Shown: piece after piece, positions 38,897 through 48,537 of the stretch | How the letters are laid out: each line of letters begins with the position of its first letter | Numbering within the stretch: the stretch's first letter is position 1 | DNA from: an uncultured Desulfarculus sp. | GTDB lineage: Bacteria > Desulfobacterota > Desulfarculia > Desulfarculales > Desulfarculaceae | Length of the DNA: 64,000 nucleotides | Direction of reading: 5' to 3' | Assembly (NCBI GenBank): GCA_963665125.2 | Contig: CAXXUK010000001.1 | Location: 2,624,001 to 2,688,000 of the forward strand | Translations under genes and position numbers: made by a program | The notes under the pieces: model-generated | Seen by the model: only the letters and a program-made list of their open reading frames with translations | Told to the model about the DNA's origin: nothing | Databases searched by the model: none

Positions 38897-39948
38897 TCAG
38901 GGCCATGGACAAATGGCTGGGCTCCTATTTGGCCCAAAAACTGCGGCCCAGACCATTGCCCGCCGACGGCCCGCTGCATATCTGTCTGGCCGTTGCCGAC
39001 CATTTCGAGCCGTGGTGGGCCCATCCCTGCGAGAAACAGGCCCTGGCCCGGCTGGCGACCTGGGAGAAGAACCTGCCGCGGCTGGTGGACGGTCTGGCCG
39101 ACTGCCGGGGCAAGCCGCCCCAGCACGACTTTTTCTTCCCCATCGAGGATTACCGGCCCCAGGTCATGGACCGCCTCGCCGCCTTGTGCGACAAGGGCCT
39201 GGGCCAGGTGGAGGTGCATCTGCACCACCACGGCGAATCCAGCGCCGAACTGGAGGACCTGCTGTCTTTCTGGGCCCAAACGCTCTACCAAAACCACGGG
39301 CTCTTGCGCAAGGACCCGGACACCGGCCAAATCGCCTACGGCTTTATTCACGGCAACTGGGCACTGGACAATTCCCGGCCCGACGGCACATGGTGCGGCC
39401 GCAACGACGAAATAAGCATCCTGGCCCGCACGGGATGCTACGCCGACTTCACCATGCCCTCGGCCCCTGATGTGACCCAGACCAAAACCATCAACGCCAT
39501 TTATTACGCCACCGACGACCCGGCCAGGCCCAAGAGCCACGACACGGGCGTCATGGCCCAGGTCGGGCGGCCGCCCTGCGGCGACCTGCTGCTGGTCCAG
39601 GGCGTTCTGGGCCTGAATTGGCGCAGACGCAAATGGGGCATTGTCCCGCACATAGAAAATTCCGACCTGTCGGCCGACAACCAGCCCAATCCGGTCAGGG
39701 CCGCCCTTTGGCTTAATCTGGCGCCATGCGTAAAAGGCGCGGAGCATGTACGCTTCATCAAGTTGCATTGTCACGGGGCGCCGGAGCAAAACGCCCGGAC
39801 AATTCTGGGCCATGCCATGAGACACACCTTGGAGCACCTCTTGAAATGTTACAATGACGGGAAAAAGTATAAACTTGCCTTCATGACTTGCTGGGAAATG
39901 GTGCAAACTATACATGCATTGGAAAAAGGCGAATCTTTGAAATGGTGA
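38893..39948 (+). CDS. Conserved hypothetical His-rich protein (deacetylase-like fold suspected)
   Basis: DHFEP, EVHLHH, FIHGNWALDN, KLHCHG; ATGA-coupled to upstream gene. Confidence 0.7.
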   Translation: MIRAMDKWLGSYLAQKLRPRPLPADGPLHICLAVADHFEPWWAHPCEKQALARLATWEKNLPRLVDGLADCRGKPPQHDFFFPIEDYRPQVMDRLAALCDKGLGQVEVHLHHHGESSAELEDLLSFWAQTLYQNHGLLRKDPDTGQIAYGFIHGNWALDNSRPDGTWCGRNDEISILARTGCYADFTMPSAPDVTQTKTINAIYYATDDPARPKSHDTGVMAQVGRPPCGDLLLVQGVLGLNWRRRKWGIVPHIENSDLSADNQPNPVRAALWLNLAPCVKGAEHVRFIKLHCHGAPEQNARTILGHAMRHTLEHLLKCYNDGKKYKLAFMTCWEMVQTIHALEKGESLKW

Positions 39949-42620
39949 TACGCAAGGCGGCATATCTACTTATACTTGTTCTATGGGCCATGCCCATTGC
40001 TTTGTCCCAGGCCCAGACGGCCGGGAGTTCGGGCCCCTTGCCAATGCCCACTCCGCCCAGAGCCCAACCCACGCAAGATACGGCCAAATCCGTGCAGCCT
40101 CCGCTGGGCGATGTGGACTTGATTCTATTGGACCAGGACCGCCTGTTCGAACTGCGGGAATACGCGATCTGGGACTCTCCCCAATGGCGGCGGCTGATCA
40201 CCTGGTGCCTTGACCCGGCTCGCCAAAACATCGACCCGGCCGACGGTCCCGGTCTGGCCCTGGCCGCCATGGTCCTCAAGCAACGCGATCCCGCCACCAG
40301 CCAGCGCCTGGCCCGCTTGGCCGTGCGCTGCCTTTTGGAAGGCGCGCGTTTCAGCAGGGTTGAGTCGGCCGAAGGCCGCACGATAATCGACGGCGGCCTG
40401 CCCTGGAAACCCGATGAGGTGATCAAAGGCGGTTATGACCTCGTGGCGCCGTTTGGCGCGAACACGCTTTTGAGGATCGACAAGATCACCACCACCAAGC
40501 TATTGGTGGAAAAGGGCGGGCCGGACCTGAAAACCCTGATGAAACGAGGCCAGGCCTATCATTTGCTGATGTCCGATCTGCACCGCGCCTCGGTGTTGGT
40601 GGAACAAACCGCCCTGACCTTCAAATGGACCAGGGACATGCTCCACCCCGACGAACGCCGCGATATCGCCGACTGGCTGCGTGCCCAGGCCATGGTGTTC
40701 GCCGAAGACGGCCGGGGATGCTTTGACACAGACTCGGCGGCCGTCCTCAAGATCATGTCCCTGGCCGGCCGGGCCGGTCTCAAGGACTCTCCGCTGGCCG
40801 CCGGACTTGTGGAAGCGGCATACACCGAACGTTTTCTGGGCATCTGGCACCCGGCCCTGGAAAATACCGGCCAGGGCGGTGCATGGTTCGGCGGGACCTA
40901 TGCCGGGGCCATGGCCGGATGGGACCTGGCCATGTTCGCCGCGGCCGTGCCGCCGGGCGACAGGCGCGGCAAGGTTCTGGCCTCGGCCTGGTTCAACGAC
41001 CGCCAGGGCGCCCTGGTCAACTCTCTGCTGCCGGAAACGGCCCAGGCCCTGGGTGGTCCTTACCGCGGGGTTTGCCCCAGCGGCGACAACGTCATATCGT
41101 CCTCCAAGGCAGCCGAACTGGTGCGCATGCAGATGCTGCTGCTGAGGAACTTGCTCCCCGAGGCGCCCATGGCCCAGGAGGTGCAGGCCATGCTGCTGTC
41201 CTCGGACGCACCGGCCATGACCCAGGGGCATCATTATTATCTGGACTTCCTGCTTCTGGACATCATCAACCCCGGCAAGGCCATGGCCGTGGCTCCGCTG
41301 GACTACCTGGCCCAAGGCGCGGGCAGGGCCTTTTCCCGTAGCGGCTGGACGCCTTGGGACACCCTTGTGGCCTTCAACTGCGGCCCCCATTTCGCCATGC
41401 CCCAGCACCTGGACGCCGGTTCGGTTCAGATTTTCAACGGAGGGCCGCTCCTGGCCCGCAGCGGCGCCTACGACGGTCCGGCCACCGAACACGCCACGAA
41501 CTACGCCGCTCGCAGCATCGCCCACAACACGCTGATTATTTTCGACCCCACGGAATACTCGTGGTATGACATGCGCGACGGCCAAAAGCCCAGGGGCACC
41601 TATGCCAATGACGGCGGTCAACGGGCCTGGGCCTATTTCGATGAAAAAGGCCGTCCGCTGAACCAGGCTCCCTGGACGGCCAGCGGCTACAAGACGGGAC
41701 CGGCTCCCTGGGCCGATTTGATGCCAATATACGAGGCCGCCAATATAACCGCCCATGACAGCGGCTCCAGGTTCGCCTATTTCCGGGGAGATATGACTTC
41801 GGCCTACCGCGGCAGTTCGGCCAAGGCCAAACTTGCCGTCAGGCACTTGATCCATCTGCGGCCAGGCGGCCCGGACGACGCCACGGCCGCCGAAGCCGTC
41901 GTGCTGGTGGACGAAGTTATCCTGGCCAGGCCGGAGCTTGATGTAAAGGCCGTGTTCCACTTTGCCATGCGACCTTTTATTGAAAGCGAAATGCAGACAG
42001 AGGCCCCGGGCCGGGCCAAGGGCCAGGCCAGCCGGTTAAGGGCCTCCAACGGCAAATCCGTGCTTTGGATCGCCTCCATGCAGGATCAGCCCGAAGAGGT
42101 GACGCTCATCGGCGGACCTGCCGATGACTGGGTGGACGGCAAGGCCTATCCGCCCCAGCCGCCGGCCAAGGACCCGGCGCCCTGGCGCGTGGAACTGACG
42201 CCCACCGGTCAGGAGGGTGTGACCCGAAAAATGGTTCATGTGCTGTTGCCCCTGCCGGGCCAAAACGAAAGCCCGCCAACCCTGAGCCGCCTGCATACGG
42301 CCAACGCCAACCTGGCCGGGCTTGTGATCCACGACAGGCAATGGCCCAGGGTGGTGGCCGTGCGGCTGGGCGGCGAGGCCGAGGCCCAAACCATCTCTTA
42401 CGAATACCCCGATGGGCGTTCCCGGCATCTGGTGGCCGGCTTGGCCCCTGGTGTTGAATATTCGATAACCACAGCCGGTCAAAAGCTTACGATCAGCCCC
42501 GGCAAGGGCCTGACCGCATCCGCTGGGGGGGTGCTGGCCTTCAAGCTTGCTCCGGGTGAAGAAAACAAAGATATACAGGTAAAAACGCCGCCGGCCCAAG
42601 AGCCGCCGGCAAATGAATAG
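39942..42620 (+). CDS. Secreted heparinase II/III-like protein (putative polysaccharide lyase)
   Basis: Signal peptide, RSGW, HLDAGSVQIF, SIAHNT. Confidence 0.7.
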   Translation: MVIRKAAYLLILVLWAMPIALSQAQTAGSSGPLPMPTPPRAQPTQDTAKSVQPPLGDVDLILLDQDRLFELREYAIWDSPQWRRLITWCLDPARQNIDPADGPGLALAAMVLKQRDPATSQRLARLAVRCLLEGARFSRVESAEGRTIIDGGLPWKPDEVIKGGYDLVAPFGANTLLRIDKITTTKLLVEKGGPDLKTLMKRGQAYHLLMSDLHRASVLVEQTALTFKWTRDMLHPDERRDIADWLRAQAMVFAEDGRGCFDTDSAAVLKIMSLAGRAGLKDSPLAAGLVEAAYTERFLGIWHPALENTGQGGAWFGGTYAGAMAGWDLAMFAAAVPPGDRRGKVLASAWFNDRQGALVNSLLPETAQALGGPYRGVCPSGDNVISSSKAAELVRMQMLLLRNLLPEAPMAQEVQAMLLSSDAPAMTQGHHYYLDFLLLDIINPGKAMAVAPLDYLAQGAGRAFSRSGWTPWDTLVAFNCGPHFAMPQHLDAGSVQIFNGGPLLARSGAYDGPATEHATNYAARSIAHNTLIIFDPTEYSWYDMRDGQKPRGTYANDGGQRAWAYFDEKGRPLNQAPWTASGYKTGPAPWADLMPIYEAANITAHDSGSRFAYFRGDMTSAYRGSSAKAKLAVRHLIHLRPGGPDDATAAEAVVLVDEVILARPELDVKAVFHFAMRPFIESEMQTEAPGRAKGQASRLRASNGKSVLWIASMQDQPEEVTLIGGPADDWVDGKAYPPQPPAKDPAPWRVELTPTGQEGVTRKMVHVLLPLPGQNESPPTLSRLHTANANLAGLVIHDRQWPRVVAVRLGGEAEAQTISYEYPDGRSRHLVAGLAPGVEYSITTAGQKLTISPGKGLTASAGGVLAFKLAPGEENKDIQVKTPPAQEPPANE

Positions 42621-42665
42621 TTTCAAGTTCCTATTCAAGGATAAATCGGGTTGCGGGAGGTTAGG

Positions 42666-45047
42666 ATGTCCATAAGATTAATCTGGCGCGCGCCGCTGCT
42701 ATTGCTGGTACTGGCCTTGTTGTTGCTGATTGCCGCGCCGGCAATGGCCGAAAGCGCTTTTTTCAATAACGGCAAGCAGTATTTCGACGAGGGCAAGTTT
42801 GCCGAAGCGGCTGTGGAGTTCCGCAACGCCATCAAACAAGACCCGCAATTCGCCGACGCCCATTATTACCTCGGCCTTGCCTATCTCAAACTCGGCGAAC
42901 CGGCCGAAGCCTACAAGGTGTTGTTCAACGTCGTCCAACTCGACGACAACAACCTTGACGCCAAAATCAAGCTGGGTCAGGTGTCGCTTCTGGCCCGGCG
43001 TTTCGATGAGGCCGTGGAACTAGCCCAGAACGTGCTCAAACGCGAACCCGAAAATGTCGACGCGATAGTGCTGCTGGGCCAAGCCTACGGCAATCAGGAC
43101 AAGCGTGAAGACGCCATCGCCACCCTGGAAAAAGCCAAGCAACTGGCCCCAGACCGCTCTGACATCTACGTCCTGCTGGCCCAGGAAAGCATCGCCCTGG
43201 ACAAATTCGACGAGGCCAAGGCCGATCTGGACAAGGCCATTGAACTTTCGCCCGACCTGCTCACTCCCAGGCTGTTACTGTTGCAGTTGCAACTTCGCCG
43301 GGGCCAAAACACCCAGGCCCTCGAAACGCTTCAGGCCGCCATTGACAAGCGGCCCGACGAACCACGGCTGCGCCTGATGCAGGTCGAGTTGCTGATGCGC
43401 ATGCAAAAAACCGGCAAGGCCGGCGACGCCCTGCGGGAGCTGGTCGCCCGCCATCCCGAACGCGACGCGTACCGCCTGGCTTTGGCCCGTTACTATCAGA
43501 CCATGGGCCAAATGGACAAGGCTGAGCAGACCTATCTCGATGCCGTGCGCATGGCCCCCGAATCCATCTGGCCATCCATCCTGACGGCTACTTTTTACGC
43601 CAGCCAGGGCAAGGGCCACAAGGCTCAGGCTTATCTTGAGCAGGCCGTGAAAATCGCCCCGGATTCCCCGGTTCCCCTCAACGCCCTGGCCGAATTGAAC
43701 CTGGAACAGGGCCGCATCGACATGGCCGAGGACCAGCTCAAAAAAATCATTGAGCGATTCCCCAACAACGCCGCCGCCCACACCTTGATGGGCCGGGTCC
43801 AGCTCCGCCGCAACCGGGTGCAGGAGGCCGTGGCCAATTTCACCTCGGTTATCCGGGTGGTGCCCGACAACCCAGAGCCGTATTTCTACCGGGCCATTGC
43901 CTATGACATGCTGGGCAAGGACCAGTTGGCCCAAAACGATCTGAAAAAATGTCTGACCATGGCCCCGCGCAATATCAGGGCCCGCTTTTTCCTGGCCCGG
44001 CTCTATGCCCAAAGCGGCAACAACCAGGAAGCCATCGCCGAGATCAATGAGATCTTGAAAATAAATGCCGATGATGCCGACGCGTACAGCGTTCGCGGCC
44101 AGCTATACCTGGCCAGGAGCCAGTTCCCCGAGGCGGAAAGCGATTTCAAAAAGCTGGTCGAACTTAACCCCGACGCGGCCATGGGTTACTTTCTTCAGGG
44201 CCGTCTCAACGAGGTGCGCAAATCGCCGGATGCCGCCCTGGAGCTATACAAAAAGGCGCTGGAGAAAAATCCCGACTTTATCGCGGCCCTGCGCCGCATA
44301 GCCTTTATCAAGTTGCAGCAGAAAAAGCCCGATGAGGCCATTGCTCTTATTAAGGAGCAGATTCCCAACGTCCGCCGCAAGGATACGATAATCACCTTCC
44401 TGGCCGACGTCCTGCAACGACTGGGCAAGACCAAAGAGGCCACGCAACAGTATCAAAAGGCCCTGGACATTAACCCGGAAAACACCTCCGCCATGCTGGG
44501 AATGGCCATGCTGCTGCGCTCCGAGGGCCAGGATGCCAAGGCCCTGAAATACCTGGACAGGATCGTGGCCGTCCAGCCGAACAACATCGTGGCCCTGGTT
44601 TCCCGTGGGCAAATCCAAGACGAAATGGGCAACACCACCGCGGCCATTGAAGACTATCGCCAGTGTTTGCAGGTCAACAGGGATTTCGTGCCGGCCCTTA
44701 ACAACCTGGCCTTCCTGCTGGCTAAGCGCGGCGGCGACCGCAACCTGAACGAGGCCCTGACCATGGGCCAGCGGGCCAAACGGTTGGCCCCCGGCGACCC
44801 ACGCATCCTCGACACCCTGGGCTGGGTTCTGGCCGTGCGCGGCGCATATCAGAGCGCCATGCTGGAGTTGGCGGAATCCCAGAAACTCAACCCCAACGAT
44901 CCGTCGGTCTATTACCACCTGGGTTACACCCTGCATAATCTGCAACGGGACAAAGAAGCCGTCGAAGCCCTGGAAAAAGGCCTGAAGCTCAAACCGGGCG
45001 ACGAGCTTCGCGATAATATGCAACAGTTGCTGAACCGCCTGCGGTGA
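42666..45047 (+). CDS. Periplasmic TPR-repeat protein (PrsT-like)
   Basis: Signal peptide, AAVEFRNAIKQDP, many TPRs, LNNLA, DTLGWV. Confidence 0.88.
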   Translation: MSIRLIWRAPLLLLVLALLLLIAAPAMAESAFFNNGKQYFDEGKFAEAAVEFRNAIKQDPQFADAHYYLGLAYLKLGEPAEAYKVLFNVVQLDDNNLDAKIKLGQVSLLARRFDEAVELAQNVLKREPENVDAIVLLGQAYGNQDKREDAIATLEKAKQLAPDRSDIYVLLAQESIALDKFDEAKADLDKAIELSPDLLTPRLLLLQLQLRRGQNTQALETLQAAIDKRPDEPRLRLMQVELLMRMQKTGKAGDALRELVARHPERDAYRLALARYYQTMGQMDKAEQTYLDAVRMAPESIWPSILTATFYASQGKGHKAQAYLEQAVKIAPDSPVPLNALAELNLEQGRIDMAEDQLKKIIERFPNNAAAHTLMGRVQLRRNRVQEAVANFTSVIRVVPDNPEPYFYRAIAYDMLGKDQLAQNDLKKCLTMAPRNIRARFFLARLYAQSGNNQEAIAEINEILKINADDADAYSVRGQLYLARSQFPEAESDFKKLVELNPDAAMGYFLQGRLNEVRKSPDAALELYKKALEKNPDFIAALRRIAFIKLQQKKPDEAIALIKEQIPNVRRKDTIITFLADVLQRLGKTKEATQQYQKALDINPENTSAMLGMAMLLRSEGQDAKALKYLDRIVAVQPNNIVALVSRGQIQDEMGNTTAAIEDYRQCLQVNRDFVPALNNLAFLLAKRGGDRNLNEALTMGQRAKRLAPGDPRILDTLGWVLAVRGAYQSAMLELAESQKLNPNDPSVYYHLGYTLHNLQRDKEAVEALEKGLKLKPGDELRDNMQQLLNRLR

Positions 45048-46765
45048 CAGATGAAAGCCACTATGAAATGAATTATTACGCAATGTTGCTACGGCAGGGC
45101 ATGTGGGTTCTGGTGTTTGTCTTGCTCACGGCCTTGCCCGTGTCGGCCGCCGGGATACCGGCCGACACCCAGCACCCCGCATATGCCGCCTTATTTCCGC
45201 CGGTGGAAACAGCCGGTGAGATACCCGTTACCATCAGCGCCAGCCCCGGCGCCCTGGACGGGGTTATCGTGGCCGGTTTCGGGGTGCCCTTTCCGCCGGG
45301 CTACGTAAGCGATCCGGCCAACATCGCCTTGGTGGACAACCTTGGCATGGAAATCCCCATCCATGTAAAAGTCTTGGCCCGCTGGCCCCAGCCAGTGCCC
45401 GGGGCGGGCAGCATCCGCGCGGCCTTGGTCCAGTTCCGGACATTGATGGGCACCACCACGCCCAGGGTCTACAAAATCCGTTGGGGCGCCCCCAGGGCTC
45501 AAAGCGAGCCGAGGGGCTGGCCGGCCCGCACGGATTGGGTCGCGGCCTCCGGCGGCGGCTATCCGGCCGGGGCGATCCAGCAACCGCCGGTAATGGCCGC
45601 CTTCGAGGCCAAATGGCTGGGCAAGTGCCTGCTCAAAGGCCGCATACTGCCGGGTTTTTCCAACCCCATGGATGAATACTACGACCGGGGCATGCAGTAT
45701 TATTTCAAGGTGGCCATCAACGATGTTTCGCCCAAGGTGCCCCTGAAAAAGCACATCGATTACGTAAAAGGGTATGAACCATGGCTTTATGACAGGTCCA
45801 TGACCTTCTTCGTAGTTTACTTCCGCAGCGGCAGGTTCAACGTGTACCGCCAAGCCCATTGGGCGGCCCAGTACTACGCCTCGAAGATCAGCCCCCAGGG
45901 CCAGTTCCTGTTGCTGACCAATAAGGGCCAAATAGACATCAAGTACTGTTATCAGGAATGCCTGGCCATGGATTATTGGTTCACCGGCGACGACAAGCTG
46001 TTGAGGGCGGCCAAATACCTTTATCCCATATACACTTCCTGGAATTACCACTATGTGCCCCGCGGCGGCCACTGGACCGAGCGCCACTTCGCCTTTGCCC
46101 TGTTGGGAGCAGTGACCCACTATGAACTGACTGGAGACACCAAGGCCCTGGACCTGGCCCAGGATATTTTCGAGGCCGGTCTGGACATGCAGTTCAACCC
46201 GGCGCCGGAAGTGCCCAAGGGGCACGGCTGCCTGGTTCACCTTGGCCGGCAGCACGGCGAGCGGGGCGTGGACGACCTGTGGGTGTGCAGCCCATGGATG
46301 AGCGCCCTGTATATGGACGCCCTGATCAGATATTATGTGGTCACAGCCGACTCCAGGGTGCCCAACGCCATCTCAGCCCTGGGCAATTTCATGGCCACCA
46401 AGGGTGTGCACAACACCCAGTTGAGCCCCGACAGGCCAAGATACACCGTGCCGTATTACCTGATAAATGTGCAGGGCCCGGTGCGCACCGAGGTTGAGCC
46501 CTGGTCCGACCGCCAACACGCCGGAGAGGCCCTGACGGTGCTGACCTGCGCGGATTATTTCAACCGCAAGGGCGGCGCCCAGGGCGGACTGGTCAAAGAA
46601 AAAATCAAGGAGCTTAAAACCACCATGGATTGGCTCTTCAAACCGACCACCGAAAAATCGGCCAAAGACGGCAGCAACCTGCCCGTCGGGACGTTGGGGC
46701 CGCCCCGTAAATTCAACTGGTGGTTCCGCACGACCGCAAGCTGGGACTGGTATCTGCAAAACTAG
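45044..46765 (+). CDS. Secreted hypothetical protein, YetA/PcRGLX-like (beta-barrel plus alpha/alpha toroid)
   Basis: Signal peptide (true start may be 45068 or 45082), GFGVPFPPG motif, aromatic-rich helical C-terminal part. Confidence 0.6.
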   Translation: MTDESHYEMNYYAMLLRQGMWVLVFVLLTALPVSAAGIPADTQHPAYAALFPPVETAGEIPVTISASPGALDGVIVAGFGVPFPPGYVSDPANIALVDNLGMEIPIHVKVLARWPQPVPGAGSIRAALVQFRTLMGTTTPRVYKIRWGAPRAQSEPRGWPARTDWVAASGGGYPAGAIQQPPVMAAFEAKWLGKCLLKGRILPGFSNPMDEYYDRGMQYYFKVAINDVSPKVPLKKHIDYVKGYEPWLYDRSMTFFVVYFRSGRFNVYRQAHWAAQYYASKISPQGQFLLLTNKGQIDIKYCYQECLAMDYWFTGDDKLLRAAKYLYPIYTSWNYHYVPRGGHWTERHFAFALLGAVTHYELTGDTKALDLAQDIFEAGLDMQFNPAPEVPKGHGCLVHLGRQHGERGVDDLWVCSPWMSALYMDALIRYYVVTADSRVPNAISALGNFMATKGVHNTQLSPDRPRYTVPYYLINVQGPVRTEVEPWSDRQHAGEALTVLTCADYFNRKGGAQGGLVKEKIKELKTTMDWLFKPTTEKSAKDGSNLPVGTLGPPRKFNWWFRTTASWDWYLQN

Positions 46766-46824
46766 CGGGCGAACCGACAAACCACGCCGCATGACCGCTA
46801 AAAGCAGAGTTCATGCGGCGTTTT

Positions 46825-47616
46825 TCATTTACGGGCCGAAACGATCTCGTAAGCCACCTTTACGGCCGCCACAACCACGATCTTGATCATGTAATAGGGC
46901 TGCAATTCGGTCTTGATGTAGCGCCGCACCAGACGCAAGTCGTGCTTGCACGACAAAATTCGCAGCCTGATGTTGCTGGGCCTCCAATAGGCCCGGTAGT
47001 TGAGCACCACCTCGGGCAGATAGAGCATCTTGCCCTGTCTGAACACCTCGGCGTTGATATAGGCGTCATCCGAGCGGATGAACGAGGTGTCCAGGGGATA
47101 CATCCGGTCGAAGACACTACGCCGGGCGATCAGGGTGGGGCCGATCACCGGGCAGATTACGCTGGCCAATAGCTGGCCCATGGTCCTGAAGGGCCGTGAA
47201 TTGCGGCGGCGGTAGACAACGCTGTTTTGATCCATGTAGTCGGCGTCGCCGTACACGGCCAGGGCCTCTGGGTCGCCGGTCAGCGCCGCGACCCGCTTTT
47301 CAAGGCTGTCCGGCGGCCAGGTGTCGTCGGCGTCCAGGATGGCCACGATTTGGCCCTTGGCCATTGCCAGGCCCCGGTTCAGGGCGGAAACCTTGCCCGC
47401 GTTGGGTTGATGCACGAACCGGACCCGCTCATCGGCCTTGCTCCCGCCCGGGGCATAGGCGGCGGCCAGTTGGGCGGAGTTGTCTTTTGACCCGTCGTCG
47501 ATGAAAATGGCCTCGAAGTTCCCGTAGGTCTGGGCCAGCAGGCTGTCCAGGGTCTCCTCAATGGTGGCGGCCATGTTGTATACCGGCGTCAGGACCGTAA
47601 CCAGGGGCTTTTCCAT
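46825..47616 (-). CDS. Glycosyltransferase family 2
   Basis: VTVLTPVYN, DDGSKD, ALNRG, LDADD. Confidence 0.92.
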   Translation of the reverse strand: MEKPLVTVLTPVYNMAATIEETLDSLLAQTYGNFEAIFIDDGSKDNSAQLAAAYAPGGSKADERVRFVHQPNAGKVSALNRGLAMAKGQIVAILDADDTWPPDSLEKRVAALTGDPEALAVYGDADYMDQNSVVYRRRNSRPFRTMGQLLASVICPVIGPTLIARRSVFDRMYPLDTSFIRSDDAYINAEVFRQGKMLYLPEVVLNYRAYWRPSNIRLRILSCKHDLRLVRRYIKTELQPYYMIKIVVVAAVKVAYEIVSARK

Positions 47617-47921
47617 ACCATCATCCTTAAAGCGTCTGCTTCAATTATAGCAGCCGGACAGGCAGCCAGGCCAACAAACATGGTGCGCGATGGCCCGCCG
47701 GACTTACGTGTCATTGATGTAGGCCCACGCCTCCAGCGGCCAGGCCGAAGAATTTCTGGCATTGACCAGGATATTCCAGAAAGCTTATACATAATGGGAC
47801 GAAGGGTAACCGCTATACCACTTTAATGTGTAAAATCCGGCACGAACGCGGCACACCTACGCCTCGGCCAATTGACGGCCAGCCATTTTGGCGCAACCCG
47901 CAAAGAAAGGAACCGGGCAAC

Positions 47922-48377
47922 ATGGGAAAAGCATATAAAGTCTTCTTGCTGGCCGCCGTGGTCTTGTTGCTGAACCTGCAATACACACCGAACGCCTTTG
48001 CCCGGTACACCGGTTGGGTTGATACAGGCAAGGCCGATGTGCAATGTTGGGGCGCGTTGCCGCCGTTGACTTCATACTCCCGTCTCTGTGGAAATATCGA
48101 CGTCGCCGCCTACACCTATTCCGTGGACAGTCAATTCCCCTCTTTATACCATTATGCGGGGGCATTCCTGAAAGACGGCTACACCGGGGAGGGTCAGGAC
48201 CATCCCTCCGTCAGCCGCACCAGCGGCACATGGGAAGGCTACCAAGATCACTGTAAAAAGCTCTACACTACCTGCTGCACCGCCGCCGAGGACGGTGAAT
48301 GCCGTCTGAGGTACAACAGCCACAAGGGCAGTTTCATCTGGCCCAAAGACACAGGCTGGACGCCACCAGGCAATTAA
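47922..48377 (+). CDS. Small secreted Cys-containing hypothetical protein
   Basis: AAGGA RBS, signal peptide ending AFA, six Cys. Confidence 0.6.
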   Translation: MGKAYKVFLLAAVVLLLNLQYTPNAFARYTGWVDTGKADVQCWGALPPLTSYSRLCGNIDVAAYTYSVDSQFPSLYHYAGAFLKDGYTGEGQDHPSVSRTSGTWEGYQDHCKKLYTTCCTAAEDGECRLRYNSHKGSFIWPKDTGWTPPGN

Positions 48378-48537
48378 CATTCTCCAAGCCTGTCAGGGAC
48401 CGTCTTCATTGAAGCCATCCGCTATTGCGCTGCCATGTCAACGGCAGAGATGCGGTTGGCCATCTAATTCATTTTTCATATGGACACCCTACCATCTTCC
48501 GTCTAAGCTCAAAGCAGTAACCCTCTTGGTTCACTGA

